Source of the DNA: Nematocida ausubeli
Taxonomy: Eukaryota
NCBI RefSeq assembly: GCF_000738915.1
Contig: NW_026515636.1
Location: 149,175 to 213,174, forward strand
Length of the DNA stretch: 64,000 bases
Direction: 5' to 3'
This document shows positions 1-10,519 of the stretch, piece after piece. Within the stretch, counting starts at the first letter, position 1, and every line of letters begins with the position of its first letter. Below the pieces are notes generated by a model that had not been told where the DNA came from, made no database searches, and worked only from the letters and a program-made list of their open reading frames with translations. The translations under genes were made by a program, and so were the position numbers.

Positions 1-295
1 TAATTATCCGGTGTTTCATTAAATATAAAACAGAAAAAGATTTTCTTTTTACCTGATTTAGAATACTACTTTGCATCATGCTAGAAGAGCTAGCTGCTGA
101 TGTATAAACTATCTGTGATAAAATGATAATTCCATTAAAACTTCCTTAAAACTGCAAAAGTATCAGAAATAAGTGATTCTGATGGTCTTACTATAAACTA
201 GTAACCAAAATACAGATATACCCAGCAGTTGAAGAGGCAGAAGGATTATAGTCCAGTAAGGGAAAACATGGATGTTGTTATTTTTTCTCTTTGAT

Positions 296-597
296 CAGTA
301 GAGTTTTATAGGCATCCTCTCTAACAAGATCTTATTCAAATATATCTTTCATTAAAAAAATACAGATATAAACAGATCTCCACAAAATATAACTCTAATA
401 TAGTGAAGTATCTTATGTTGGCTTTGTACAAATTTACTTCTGCAATTAGATAGAATTTTCACACGTTGGAAGACTTTTTTGTCTCCTCATCTTTTTTCTT
501 CTCGTTTGTCTTTTTTGTCTTTGTAAAGATTTTTCTGAAATTTCCCAGTATTCTTAGAGATTTTAATTACTAGTAGGACAGAATATTCAATAAATAT
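296..597. repeat. Dispersed non-coding repeat, copy A (two segments)
   Basis: 296-363 matches 5076-5146 in direct orientation (CAGTAGAGT.TTATAGG.ATCCTCTCT.ACA.GATCTTATTCAA...TTTCATTAAAAAAATAC). 444-597 matches the reverse complement of 5250-5411. Confidence 0.8.
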
Positions 598-1010
598 TTT
601 TAACTTGAATATAAATTTATAAATAGAGGACAAGAAATAATTTTTTTAGTTAGTCTGGCAAGATATAATATTTCAAGAAGAAAAAACAGCTGGGATTTTT
701 AGTGATGCACACCAGGCCATTGAAATAACCCGAATAACCCTAATTTAAATGAAATATTTTCTGCTTCTAAATCCTATTTAGACCAATCAGATTATGGCCC
801 TTTAATTCCTAATAATGGAAGGTTTCAATTACATGTATCTTGTCCCGTGGTAATAAAAATAAACCAAGATTATGAAATGTGCCAGTCTTTAGGCTGAACA
901 CATAACAGTTTATCCTGCAAAAATCAAGTAAAGGCGCACTAGAGTATATTCTAATTAGGTGTTTTTATTATACTGTCTGAGTATGATTATCTAATAACTA
1001 GCATATGGTC

Positions 1011-2543
1011 TTATAATTTTCTTAATTTATACGAACCATCTTGCTCACTAAGGATCCTTCTTCTTATATTATCAAAGCCAGTAAGATCCTTCAAAGGATT
1101 TCCTCGTTCTGCCAGGTAGTGCCCAGATGTATGCTGACTGGGCTCTCCTAGACTAAGTATAGCCCTATCAATATCATGCAGCTGCGAGGATATCCCCATA
1201 CTATAATCCAGAAGTTCCTTCAGGTCCAGTTCACCCGACATGGTCAAGTGGTTCTTCTTTTTAATTTCGTCCAAAATGGTTTTAAATCTGAACCTAAGCG
1301 CATCTACCCCAGGCATACTTAATTTTATGTCTTTCCCCAAGCGTACAGACAAAGAGTCTAATACTGTGGCAAGGTCCTTTGTCATCTCCAGGAACTTCTT
1401 CCTGAAGTAATCATTTTCGTGGCCAAATAATGATCTTTCGATTATATCCCACTCTCCCTTTAAGGAATTAACATTCTTATTCATTTCCGCTAAAATGTAT
1501 CCCATTGAAACAAAAGGCGGTGGGTGCACAAATTTAGTCAGTCTATACATATCCATCTCCAAAGAGACAGCTAAAGAGGGAATGTGCACAGACAGATTAA
1601 ACCTAGGATTTGTAAGAAGACTTTTATAAGAGCTAATCAAACTACTCATGGCAGATGGCGAATACTTCAGGTTATCAATTATCCCGTCAACAGAACCCAC
1701 AGATGTATGAAGAAGGTAGTTGGCTGCACCTTTCATATTTCTGGAACTAGCATCCAGATAATCTGTAGCCACATCCTTCACAGAATCTGCAAGTTCTTGA
1801 GCAGCAGAGGCAGGTGTAACCAGCCCCTTCTTTATAAGATCAGAGAGCAAAGAAGAAGAACGCATTGTATTATCCAGTACACCCATGGTTTCCTCAGCAG
1901 CCGCAGATGTATATGCCCTGGCTAGTCTTGCTTGCTGCATAAGATTCTTCTTTGCATTCTGTATGCCTTTCTTGACAAATCTCTCTTTGTCAGGGATTTC
2001 TTCAATGTGCGCCTTGAAATTCTTATAAAATCCATCCTCCAGGCTGGACATTTTCCTGGGGGCATTCGGGCTGTAGACAACTTCAGCCACGTCCCCAGTG
2101 TAAGGAATAAAGGGAGGGTGCGTCTCTGTCACCTTTCCAATAGGTTTAATTGTTTGCTTAGGTTTAGAAGGAACTAGTAATTTATCAGTGGATTTAAGAG
2201 GATTTTCAGAGTTCTTTATTTGTTTGTTAGTTGAGGAAGATTTTTTATCAACCAAAGGAGTGTACTCTGGATAGTCTTTTGAATATGCCTTGCTAGTGAT
2301 TGGGCTAAAACTAGACAGAAGCGTGTTCCTTAAGAATACGCCTGCCTTCTGCAGTAAAGCCCCAATGTATCCATGGTTATCTAAACGCACATTCTTTTTT
2401 TTTTTAGACTCGGTAATCTTCAAGGGTGGTGTAACTGGGTTAGCTGCTGTGACGTACAGTCCTTCATCGTGTTCTACGTCTTGTGCATAATAGCATTGTA
2501 AGATTGCAAGAATCACTCCTGCTATGTAGATCTGCTGTTTCAT
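1011..2543 (-). CDS. Secreted hypothetical protein, 510 aa
   Basis: Long ORF with an N-terminal signal-peptide-like segment (MKQQIYIAGVILAILQCYYA) and GGG motifs just upstream of the ATG. No family recognised. Confidence 0.8.
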   Translation of the reverse strand: MKQQIYIAGVILAILQCYYAQDVEHDEGLYVTAANPVTPPLKITESKKKKNVRLDNHGYIGALLQKAGVFLRNTLLSSFSPITSKAYSKDYPEYTPLVDKKSSSTNKQIKNSENPLKSTDKLLVPSKPKQTIKPIGKVTETHPPFIPYTGDVAEVVYSPNAPRKMSSLEDGFYKNFKAHIEEIPDKERFVKKGIQNAKKNLMQQARLARAYTSAAAEETMGVLDNTMRSSSLLSDLIKKGLVTPASAAQELADSVKDVATDYLDASSRNMKGAANYLLHTSVGSVDGIIDNLKYSPSAMSSLISSYKSLLTNPRFNLSVHIPSLAVSLEMDMYRLTKFVHPPPFVSMGYILAEMNKNVNSLKGEWDIIERSLFGHENDYFRKKFLEMTKDLATVLDSLSVRLGKDIKLSMPGVDALRFRFKTILDEIKKKNHLTMSGELDLKELLDYSMGISSQLHDIDRAILSLGEPSQHTSGHYLAERGNPLKDLTGFDNIRRRILSEQDGSYKLRKL

Positions 2544-2683
2544 GCCCTTTACTTCCCCAGATTATTTATACTTGTTCTATCCCACCTGATACTGTCTTAT
2601 ATTTGTTTTATCTTTTTATTTATCCCTTTATACACGCACAGGCCCATTGGGCCTCCTACAGGTCTTTTTGGAATATTTGCAGT

Positions 2684-2977
2684 CTATAGGAAGAACCGTG
2701 TGAAACGTGTGAAAAGTATGTTCTGGCCTGGGGTGCAGGCCACAAAGTCCTTTTTTGTGGAGGACGAAACACGCACTAAGGCAGCGAGTGTTTGAAAGTT
2801 CATTCTTGCATTTGCATTAAGAGTGAAGGAAGAATGGACACACCCAGGCTCACCTAAATATGCCAGGAAGTCAGTACCATATTTTATGCCACTCGTCAAA
2901 TTAACTGAGTGTGATGAAAGTAGTTCCTTGCAAGAATTTCTCTCCTTGGCATCCTCCCACATGGCGCATTGTCGCAT
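2684..2977 (-). CDS. tRNA-splicing endonuclease catalytic subunit (Sen34/Sen2 family), minimal ~97 aa
   Basis: Motif SGIKYGTDFLAYLGEPGCVHS and RVSSSTKK carry the Tyr/His/Lys triad pattern. The ATG at 2977 is preceded by AAAAAATTT; the track start at 3001 is GTG. Confidence 0.8.
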   Translation of the reverse strand: MRQCAMWEDAKERNSCKELLSSHSVNLTSGIKYGTDFLAYLGEPGCVHSSFTLNANARMNFQTLAALVRVSSSTKKDFVACTPGQNILFTRFTRFFL

Positions 2978-3011
2978 AAATTTTTTGTCAAGAAGAAGCA
3001 CTACTACTCTA

Positions 3012-3087
3012 GGAGAGAAAAAGAGAAAGAGAAAAAGAGTGAGAGGAAAAAAGAGTGAGAGGAAAAAAGAGTGAGGGAGGAAGAAAG
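3012..3087. repeat. Polypurine/polypyrimidine tract with GAAAAAAGAGTGAGAG-like units
   Basis: About 75 bp of almost pure A/G on the + strand, with internal 15-16 bp repeats. Confidence 0.8.
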
Positions 3088-3511
3088 TATTCTTGTAGAG
3101 ATATAAATAGGATTGTTGTATATTTAGCTTATTTATGGCTTATTTATATACGCCATAGTAGAAGACACCTAGGCATGTATATAAAACAAACAAATCACTG
3201 CACACTAAATATAACCCAAATATAACAAGGAAAATAACCGTATTACTGCATATCTAAATACACCCTAAAATAACCTATCTAAGCACCCTAATTATAGTCT
3301 GTCTAATTACACTCACAGAATAATTGCATTACTGCCTGTATAAATACACCCTAAATATAACCACGAAATAGTCATATTCCTTGCCTGTATATCCATATAA
3401 TTAGGGGCCTTCTCCTATTTATCATTATGACTAATTGATTGATCAGTTTATTACAGTTTTATGTCTGCCCCTTATATAAAACTACTTAAACTATAAGTTA
3501 TTTTTCTCCTT

Positions 3512-4090
3512 ATGGGTGAGCATAAGAGTGATAATGATTCGGCATCAGAAAGTGACTATTCATCAGAGTGTACAAAGGAAGCACCTTCAACTGTCTTAGA
3601 CCTAACAATAAACCCAGATAAATTAAATGAATTCGCAAGGGTTTTAGTGTCAGATATAAAAGACAAAATACAAGCAGGCACAACTAATAAACAGAAGCTA
3701 ATTAATACAGCCTGGGATACAATTGAAAATAACAAAGACCTATTACTCTCTACCATATATATTAACAAAGAAGAAATCACTAATATACAAGACAGGATGT
3801 GCAAGGAATTTAAGCGTGCCGTAAGGAATATAAAGAATACAAGTGGGAAGAAGGATGTATCACTGCCTGCTATTGTGGATACAATTAAGAACTCAGATAC
3901 CAAGAACACAGAAGAAGAAGTGCAGACAATAAGTGAGCACTTAAAGATAATTATACTGCAATTAAACCCGTATATACTAACAGGTTATGTAAATGTAATG
4001 TTCTTAGAGGATTATTATCCTAAGCTAAAGCTAGCAGGTGGAATATTTCTGCTGGCAGTACTTATACTCGTTGTGGTGTGTAATGTATAG
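3512..4090 (+). CDS. Hypothetical tail-anchored protein, 192 aa
   Basis: ATG-started ORF with a single C-terminal hydrophobic helix (LAGGIFLLAVLILVVVC). Confidence 0.75.
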   Translation: MGEHKSDNDSASESDYSSECTKEAPSTVLDLTINPDKLNEFARVLVSDIKDKIQAGTTNKQKLINTAWDTIENNKDLLLSTIYINKEEITNIQDRMCKEFKRAVRNIKNTSGKKDVSLPAIVDTIKNSDTKNTEEEVQTISEHLKIIILQLNPYILTGYVNVMFLEDYYPKLKLAGGIFLLAVLILVVVCNV

Positions 4091-4533
4091 GTATATAGTA
4101 TATGGGGATATGAATAAATTGGTTATTTATGGGTATTTATTGTTATATGATAAAAAGCCGTTATTTTATTATTAAAGGTTGTTAAAAGTGGTTATATTTA
4201 AGGCACCTGGTGAAGTAACCCTATTTAGCAGTATATACCACAGTTTAACCATAATTCACCCAAATATACCCTAATCTACCGCTATCTACCCCTAATCTCC
4301 CCTATTTCCTTAATAAACCAATAACCCTCTCCAATTTTACCTAAAATCATTGTCTTACGGTACAGGACCAAAATGCACCAATAAAAACCAAAAAAAAATA
4401 AAAGATGGAAATGCACCATACAATAGACTGATGAGGAAATGGATGGACAAATAAAAATGACTATCCAGTCACAGAAAATTGATAAAAATAGAATGAAAAT
4501 GTATATATACGAAGTGAATATTAAAGAATAACA

Positions 4534-4815
4534 ATGAGAGCAACAAGTGTATTAGTATCAGTTATTATATTCATAGGCGCAGTAGTATGCGGGTGCCAAA
4601 TGCCAGCAGTAGGAGGAGCTTGCGGACAACAGATGGCTTGCAATCAGACAGCAAGCTGCCCACAGAAAATGCCATGTGCACAACAAGTGAACTGCAACCA
4701 GACAACAAGTTGCCCACAGAAAATGCCATGTGGACAGCAAATGTCTTGCCCACAGCAAATGTCTTGCCCACAGCAAATGCCTTGCCATCAGGCAACAAGT
4801 TGCGGGCAGATGTAA
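4534..4815 (+). CDS. Small secreted Cys/Gln-rich hexapeptide-repeat protein, 93 aa
   Basis: Signal peptide MRATSVLVSVIIFIGAVVC, then 11 CxQxxx units encoded by 18-bp tandem repeats. Confidence 0.85.
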   Translation: MRATSVLVSVIIFIGAVVCGCQMPAVGGACGQQMACNQTASCPQKMPCAQQVNCNQTTSCPQKMPCGQQMSCPQQMSCPQQMPCHQATSCGQM

Positions 4816-5075
4816 GCCAAGCATCATGTGATAGACTAGCAGATAAGTCAGGTCAAATTGGATCACTATATGATCCTTTTCAGTTGTAGCCATTAGTAGA
4901 GATGCATATCTACATATATGGCTATTGCATATCTGCAGGAATTCTGTTTATTTTTGGCATATTTATGCATACGTGCGTGCACTAGAATAAATGGAATTTG
5001 AAAAATGTTTGGTTTTTATTATACTATTATACTATTATACGGTTAATTATGTTGACTTGATTTGCTTTCCTTGTA

Positions 5076-5411
5076 CAGTAGAGTCTTATAGGTATCCTCT
5101 CTGACAGGATCTTATTCAATAAATATACCTTTCATTAAAAAAATACCGTTATTTATTGGTATTTAGTGGTATTTATTGGTATTTATACTGTTAAATACGG
5201 ATATAAAGTTAAATACGGTTAAATATAGATTTATACGGTTAACTAGTCTATATTTATTGAATGTTCTGTTCTACTAGTAATTAACACCTTTATGCATGCT
5301 GGGAAATTTCAGAAAATTCTTTACAAAGACAGAAAGACAAACGAGAAGGAAAAAGACAAGAAGACAAAAAAGACAAAGAGCCTTCCTGGCGTAAGAAAGT
5401 TCTATCTAATT
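5076..5411. repeat. Dispersed non-coding repeat, copy B
   Basis: 5076-5146 is a direct match to 296-363, and 5250-5411 is an inverted match to 444-597. Short TTAAATACGG / GGTATTTA repeats lie between the two segments. Confidence 0.8.
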
Positions 5412-5596
5412 ATATACAGGTATATACGGTTATTTTTATCACAATTATATTTATTAAATTGTTCTTGCTTCACTAGATTATATACAGTCATATACTGAAT
5501 ATATTTTAGCTAATTTTCAGAAATAACCTTACGTATTCCTAAACTATACACTAATACCCGAACTAACAAGAATATGCTTGGCAGCCAGAAAGTAGG

Positions 5597-5670
5597 GCTT
5601 CCATGGCGTAGCTGGTTATCGCGTTCGGCTGTTAACCGAAAGGTCGTTGGTTCGAATCCGACTGGAAGCG
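5597..5670 (+). tRNA. tRNA-Asn(GTT)
   Basis: Acceptor stem GCTTCCA/TGGAAGC, anticodon arm TTCGG-CTGTTAA-CCGAA, T-loop GGTTCGAATCC, followed by a T7 Pol III terminator. Confidence 0.97.
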
Positions 5671-5985
5671 TTTTTTTGCTAATTAATAACCAGATACCCT
5701 TTAAGCCATTTATTTATAATGAGATATTCCCAAAATACTTCATACCACATAGTTACACTATATAGCCCGTATATATCCCGTATATAATCTTATAGTTAGT
5801 CACAAATACAACAGTATACGACTAATTACAATAGTATATCCCAAAGTATAACCTAAATAGAACAGAATATAACCCGAATTACAGCAGTATCCCAAGTATA
5901 ATATTATAGTTAGTCACAATTATAACGTACTACTATAAATACAACAGTGTATGACTAATTATAACAGTATCCCATATATCATATA

Positions 5986-6498
5986 TTATCTTATGTACTC
6001 CAGGCTGCTTCGTATTTGCACTACCTTTGTCACTAGCATGCACACCATAAGTATCACAGTGGCCCACCTAAGCATACCCATATACGTATACACTGACCTA
6101 CCAATTAGTCTTACTCCTTCTACATTCTGTATAGCCGTGTATATGCACGCATATAATGCATCTTCCACTTTCTTCTGATTATTTATTTCTGGATTATTTA
6201 TCTCCTGCTGTATTATATGGTATATATTACCCCTTTCCATGTTGAACTGAATAATATTCTTTAGCTTATGCATTACGTCTTCATTTAACTGTACATCACT
6301 TATACTGTGTGATATGTACTTGGGTACTATTATACACTGTATGAACCTATCTAGGTCCACCTGTATATTATGTGCAATTGTATCTGGTAGTAGTGTATTC
6401 CTTTTTATTTCGTATTTTATTCTGGTTATTATTTCATTTGCTACTTCTGCTAGTTCTATTTGGTTTATTTCGTATTCTATGGGTGCGTGCGTGTACAT
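5986..6498 (-). CDS. Hypothetical tail-anchored protein, 170 aa
   Basis: ATG-started ORF with a C-terminal hydrophobic helix. Its N-terminal region resembles 3512..4090. Confidence 0.7.
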   Translation of the reverse strand: MYTHAPIEYEINQIELAEVANEIITRIKYEIKRNTLLPDTIAHNIQVDLDRFIQCIIVPKYISHSISDVQLNEDVMHKLKNIIQFNMERGNIYHIIQQEINNPEINNQKKVEDALYACIYTAIQNVEGVRLIGRSVYTYMGMLRWATVILMVCMLVTKVVQIRSSLEYIR

Positions 6499-6556
6499 AA
6501 ATATTTTTATTATTATTTATTAATGAATATATAATGATTTCGGGTTACAGTATAGT

Positions 6557-6815
6557 AGGTTAATTCTTGGTAATTTTAGTAGAGACTGGGCTAATTCTTG
6601 ATAATTTTAGTAGAGAGTGGGTTAAGTCATGCATATTTCATAACCAAAACACTTCTTTCTAATCACAAAACCAAAAATACTTCTCACTAATCACAAAATA
6701 CTACAAAGACGCTCACTAACTACAAATACCCTTTCTAACCTGAAAACAAAAATACTCACGTATAATCACAAAAACCAAAATACTTCTCTCTAACCATAAA
6801 AAACTACAAACTAAA
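6557..6815. repeat. Degenerate tandem repeats
   Basis: Two ~31-bp copies of TAATTCTTG.TAATTTTAGTAGAGA.TGGG, then C/A-rich ~28-bp units (CTAATCACAAAA..CAAAAATACTTCT). Confidence 0.7.
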
Positions 6816-8033
6816 TTACCCCCTGACTGACCTGTACTTCTTCTTAGTCTTCTTGGCTTTTGTTTCCACTGCAGTGAATCTTCTTAAGATCCTCCCGTAT
6901 GCACATAATAATTTCACCTGCAATTCTATCATATACGAACTAGAATGACCAATTACACTGGATATTTGATCAAATATCCTTAGTGTTGCTTTGTGCTGTA
7001 CTTCATTGCTTATTGCACCTCTGCCATATTCTGGTGCTGGAAATTCAACAGGATTGAAGACAGGCTCTCTACTTCCATTATAGTGCTCCAATATATTCAT
7101 ATACACATTTAACTGCTTAAACGTAGAAATATTATTCTCTCGGGAAAAGAAGTCTTGCATGATCTTCTTCCCACCCAGGTCCTGGGGCACTTCCAATACA
7201 TGCACATACCCCTTTACACAAGACAGTTCACACCTGGCTTCATAGTACATATATATGTACGATGCAATTATGGACTCACTGAAGTAGAATTTCTTACGGT
7301 TCTGCACAAACTGAATTAATTCCAGGGTCCCAAGGAAGTGCTGGTATCCTGTTGTAAGTTCCTGTGTTGGGGTTATCCCTAACTGCAGACATATCTTCTT
7401 TAAGGCACTTTCCGTTAATAAGCCCATTACTCCTATTTGATATTCTTTTTTATCTGGGAATGCATCTTGCAGTAGTCTTATGACACCTTCTCCTGTTATC
7501 TTGCTGATGCTGTATTTTGGGACCACTCGCAAGTACTTAATGCGCACTGCCGTTCTGGCTCTTGTGTAATATTTGAAGAGACAGTCTGATGAATCTAATT
7601 TTCTGATGAAATCCAGTATTGTATATAATTTGCCTTTCTTCTCTTCTGTCTCTCTTTTCACTAGGAAGATGAATATTTCTGTTATTCTTCTGTACTCTGT
7701 GTTTAGCATGAATTCTGGCTTACTGGAAATTACTGTTGTAAATGCGTAGTAGAGTTCTTTGTACCTGGAGAAAACAGAAGATGGAATTTCATATTCCTTC
7801 AGTAGGTCGTGCAAGTACTTTACCCCTAGGTATGCGCATAGTTCGCGTGCTGTGAATAGTTGTATGACTTCGTCTAGTTTGAACCTTTCCTTCCTTTTAA
7901 CTGCCTTTATTTTTTGCGACCAATCCACTTCTTCATCCACTTCCTTAAGGTGTCTGGTTATGTGGCCATTATTGCACACATATCCATTGTCTATTTCCTT
8001 CGTTGGCAATTTGCATACATTACATTCAACCAT
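6816..8033 (-). CDS. RRN7: Rrn7/TAF1B-like RNA polymerase I core factor subunit
   Basis: N-terminal zinc ribbon CNVC-x12-CNNGH followed by an acidic patch, as in Rrn7/TAF1B. 405 aa, predicted helical. Confidence 0.6.
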   Translation of the reverse strand: MVECNVCKLPTKEIDNGYVCNNGHITRHLKEVDEEVDWSQKIKAVKRKERFKLDEVIQLFTARELCAYLGVKYLHDLLKEYEIPSSVFSRYKELYYAFTTVISSKPEFMLNTEYRRITEIFIFLVKRETEEKKGKLYTILDFIRKLDSSDCLFKYYTRARTAVRIKYLRVVPKYSISKITGEGVIRLLQDAFPDKKEYQIGVMGLLTESALKKICLQLGITPTQELTTGYQHFLGTLELIQFVQNRKKFYFSESIIASYIYMYYEARCELSCVKGYVHVLEVPQDLGGKKIMQDFFSRENNISTFKQLNVYMNILEHYNGSREPVFNPVEFPAPEYGRGAISNEVQHKATLRIFDQISSVIGHSSSYMIELQVKLLCAYGRILRRFTAVETKAKKTKKKYRSVRG

Positions 8034-8045
8034 GATTATTTTTTA

Positions 8046-10121
8046 ATGAAAGTTTTCTTGACTAGTATTTCGCATGTGCTGAATAAGAAGAAGTGCCCTA
8101 TTTTTAGCATAGACATAAGACCAAATAGTGATGGGTCTTTGGCTACAGGGGGACAAGATGGTTCTGTGAAGATTTGGAAAATAACGCAAGAAGAAAGCCA
8201 TGAAGAAGGATCTTTTGTTAAACACGGAGGTGCAGTTCTGTGTGTTAGATTCTCACCAGATGGAAATCTACTGGCAAGTGCATCAGATGATGGGAGTGTA
8301 ATTATATGGGGTCTAATGGAAAAAGAAGGCAGTACTGCTTTGTACATAAAGAAGAGACTGAATAACCATAAGTCTGACGTGTCTAGTTTGGCGTGGTCTA
8401 ATAAGCACTTAGTGACAGGTGGATATGATGGGTCAGTGATAATTTATGATAGAACTACGTATAATATTGTAACCCGCCTGGAGAAGCACGAGAAGGGCTG
8501 CAAGGGCGTTGAATTTAGTCCTGGCGCAGAATACATTTCCACATACGGTGATGAAGGAGAGGTGTTTATATACGATAAATCATGGAAGAAAGTGTCTTCT
8601 TCCAAGAAGCCCTTTAAAGGGACGCAGACTGAGTCATTCTTTGGGAGAATGAGCTGGAGTCCAGATGGAAAGTACGTTGCCTGCGGGCTATCATTCTTTG
8701 AAAAACAAGATGCTGTCTCTTTACTGTCTGCTGCACTAGCACGCGCATATACTTTAATTGGGCACACGGCCCCTGTGGAAACAGTTGCCTTCAATCCTTG
8801 GCTCTGGCAGGTGGATGAGACTGTTTCTTACGTAATTGCGACTGGCTCACAGGACAGAAGTATTGCTATTTGGGTGTCATCTGCTGCTAAGCCACTCATC
8901 TTGCTGACTGAAGTATCTGAGCAGCCTATCTTAGACCTAAGGTGGTCGTCTGATGGAAGGTCTTTATATGGGTGCTCTTATGATGGCTCTGTTTTTGTGC
9001 TGTCATTCGGGAGTGACCTAGGGAGCCAGGTGGCACCCACTGTGGAAAGGACTAAGTCCCTGCCTTACACCAAGGAATTCTTGCAGGAGCCAAGTAAGTT
9101 CCCGTCTCCTGATGGCTTCCCTGCGAAGGAGAATAAAGTAGTAGTAGAGCAAGAAAAAAGAAAAATAGTACCTCGTCTTATTAAACCATTAGATGGGCCA
9201 GATGAATTTGGGGCAGTGCATGGCCACAAAGTGGTTCTCTTTATGGAGACAAAGAAGGAGGAAGCAGTCACCCAAGATACTCCCGTGGCAAGAATCGAAA
9301 CTGAAACAAAAACAGGCAGGTACGAAATAACTGCAAAATCAGACAGGACAACAGTAATTATAAGGAAAGACAGTAGAGAGTGGTTTACACTTGAGGGCCA
9401 CAAGATATCCGGAATAGCCGCAGATATGTCTATTCTTGTGGTAGCCCGGGAAGGGATAAATAAGCAGATGTCTATTGTCTGGGTTTATGACCTGCAGAAG
9501 GGAGTGCTTCTGGTGCCTGCCATGTGCTTCTCTGAAGTTGTGTCTTTGGGGGTTAAAAATGGCTTAGTTCTTGTTGTCTCCTTTGGGTCCTTTAAGGTGA
9601 TAGATTTGTCTACAGGGAGTGCCTTGGATGGCTCTATCTTGATGCACTCTGCTGTGGTGAATGTTCTTCTGGATGAAACGTACTTTCTTGTGGTTCTGTA
9701 TGAGGATGGGGGTGTGTACTATTATAACCGGGATATGCATGTCTGGTGTGCACTGGAATTAAACTGTGCATCTGCTTATTCTAATGCGTACCAGGATGAA
9801 ACCTATAAGACAGACAGTACTTTTGATCACCTGGAGAATAAGTGCGTTGTGGGTGTGCATAGAGGTGATGGTGCACTTGCTAGTACTGCTATTAAGCAGA
9901 TTATTGAAACAGCTGGCAGGGCAGTACCTTGTACGCCTGGGATAATTAACAGGGTAGACGGAATAATAGAGGAAGTATTAGGAAGGTGCCAGGATAGTGC
10001 GGTAGATGGGATAGATCCTGAGTATATAGCATCCTTATTGGTGGAGCATGCAGATACGAATGAATTCCAGGAATATGCGCACAGAAAGGTGCAGGAGTTG
10101 AAGGAAAGGAAGCTTAAATAG
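8046..10121 (+). CDS. HIR1: HIR1/HIRA histone chaperone (WD40)
   Basis: IFSID...LATGGQDGSVKIW, FFGRMSWSPDGKYV, LIGH and IATGSQDRSIAIW motifs. The true ATG is at 8046. Confidence 0.92.
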   Translation: MKVFLTSISHVLNKKKCPIFSIDIRPNSDGSLATGGQDGSVKIWKITQEESHEEGSFVKHGGAVLCVRFSPDGNLLASASDDGSVIIWGLMEKEGSTALYIKKRLNNHKSDVSSLAWSNKHLVTGGYDGSVIIYDRTTYNIVTRLEKHEKGCKGVEFSPGAEYISTYGDEGEVFIYDKSWKKVSSSKKPFKGTQTESFFGRMSWSPDGKYVACGLSFFEKQDAVSLLSAALARAYTLIGHTAPVETVAFNPWLWQVDETVSYVIATGSQDRSIAIWVSSAAKPLILLTEVSEQPILDLRWSSDGRSLYGCSYDGSVFVLSFGSDLGSQVAPTVERTKSLPYTKEFLQEPSKFPSPDGFPAKENKVVVEQEKRKIVPRLIKPLDGPDEFGAVHGHKVVLFMETKKEEAVTQDTPVARIETETKTGRYEITAKSDRTTVIIRKDSREWFTLEGHKISGIAADMSILVVAREGINKQMSIVWVYDLQKGVLLVPAMCFSEVVSLGVKNGLVLVVSFGSFKVIDLSTGSALDGSILMHSAVVNVLLDETYFLVVLYEDGGVYYYNRDMHVWCALELNCASAYSNAYQDETYKTDSTFDHLENKCVVGVHRGDGALASTAIKQIIETAGRAVPCTPGIINRVDGIIEEVLGRCQDSAVDGIDPEYIASLLVEHADTNEFQEYAHRKVQELKERKLK

Positions 10122-10519
10122 AATATTTCAGGAATATCTGGGTATGGGAGTACATGCTCTGGGAGGGAGGTATTTTATGGTTTGTGAGTTTGTTCCAATA
10201 AATATGCACTTTATTATATTTCATGAGACCAAGAATATATTGTGCGATTTATGGTTATTTCAGGTTCTAACAGATTTAATGTGATTATTGTGACATCTTT
10301 GTGTTATTTCAGTTATAAATGCATATTTTCGAGTTTATTTCAGGTTTGGAATATCTGTCCCATGGGAAAATAATGGGAAATAAGTAGATGTAATTCTTGT
10401 CCCTTTTAATGCATGGAATATTCACTTTAAAAGTGTGCACTACTAGGCTAACAATAAAGAGCTTCTGAAAGGATAAATAAGTGTCTTAAGGGCGCTATAC
10501 AGTAGTAAGTAGGAGTTGT

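Noticed and set aside
4558..4893. Alternative-frame and antisense ORFs over the Cys/Gln gene
   Set aside because: They are open only because of the 18-bp repeat; only 4534..4815 has an ATG plus signal peptide.
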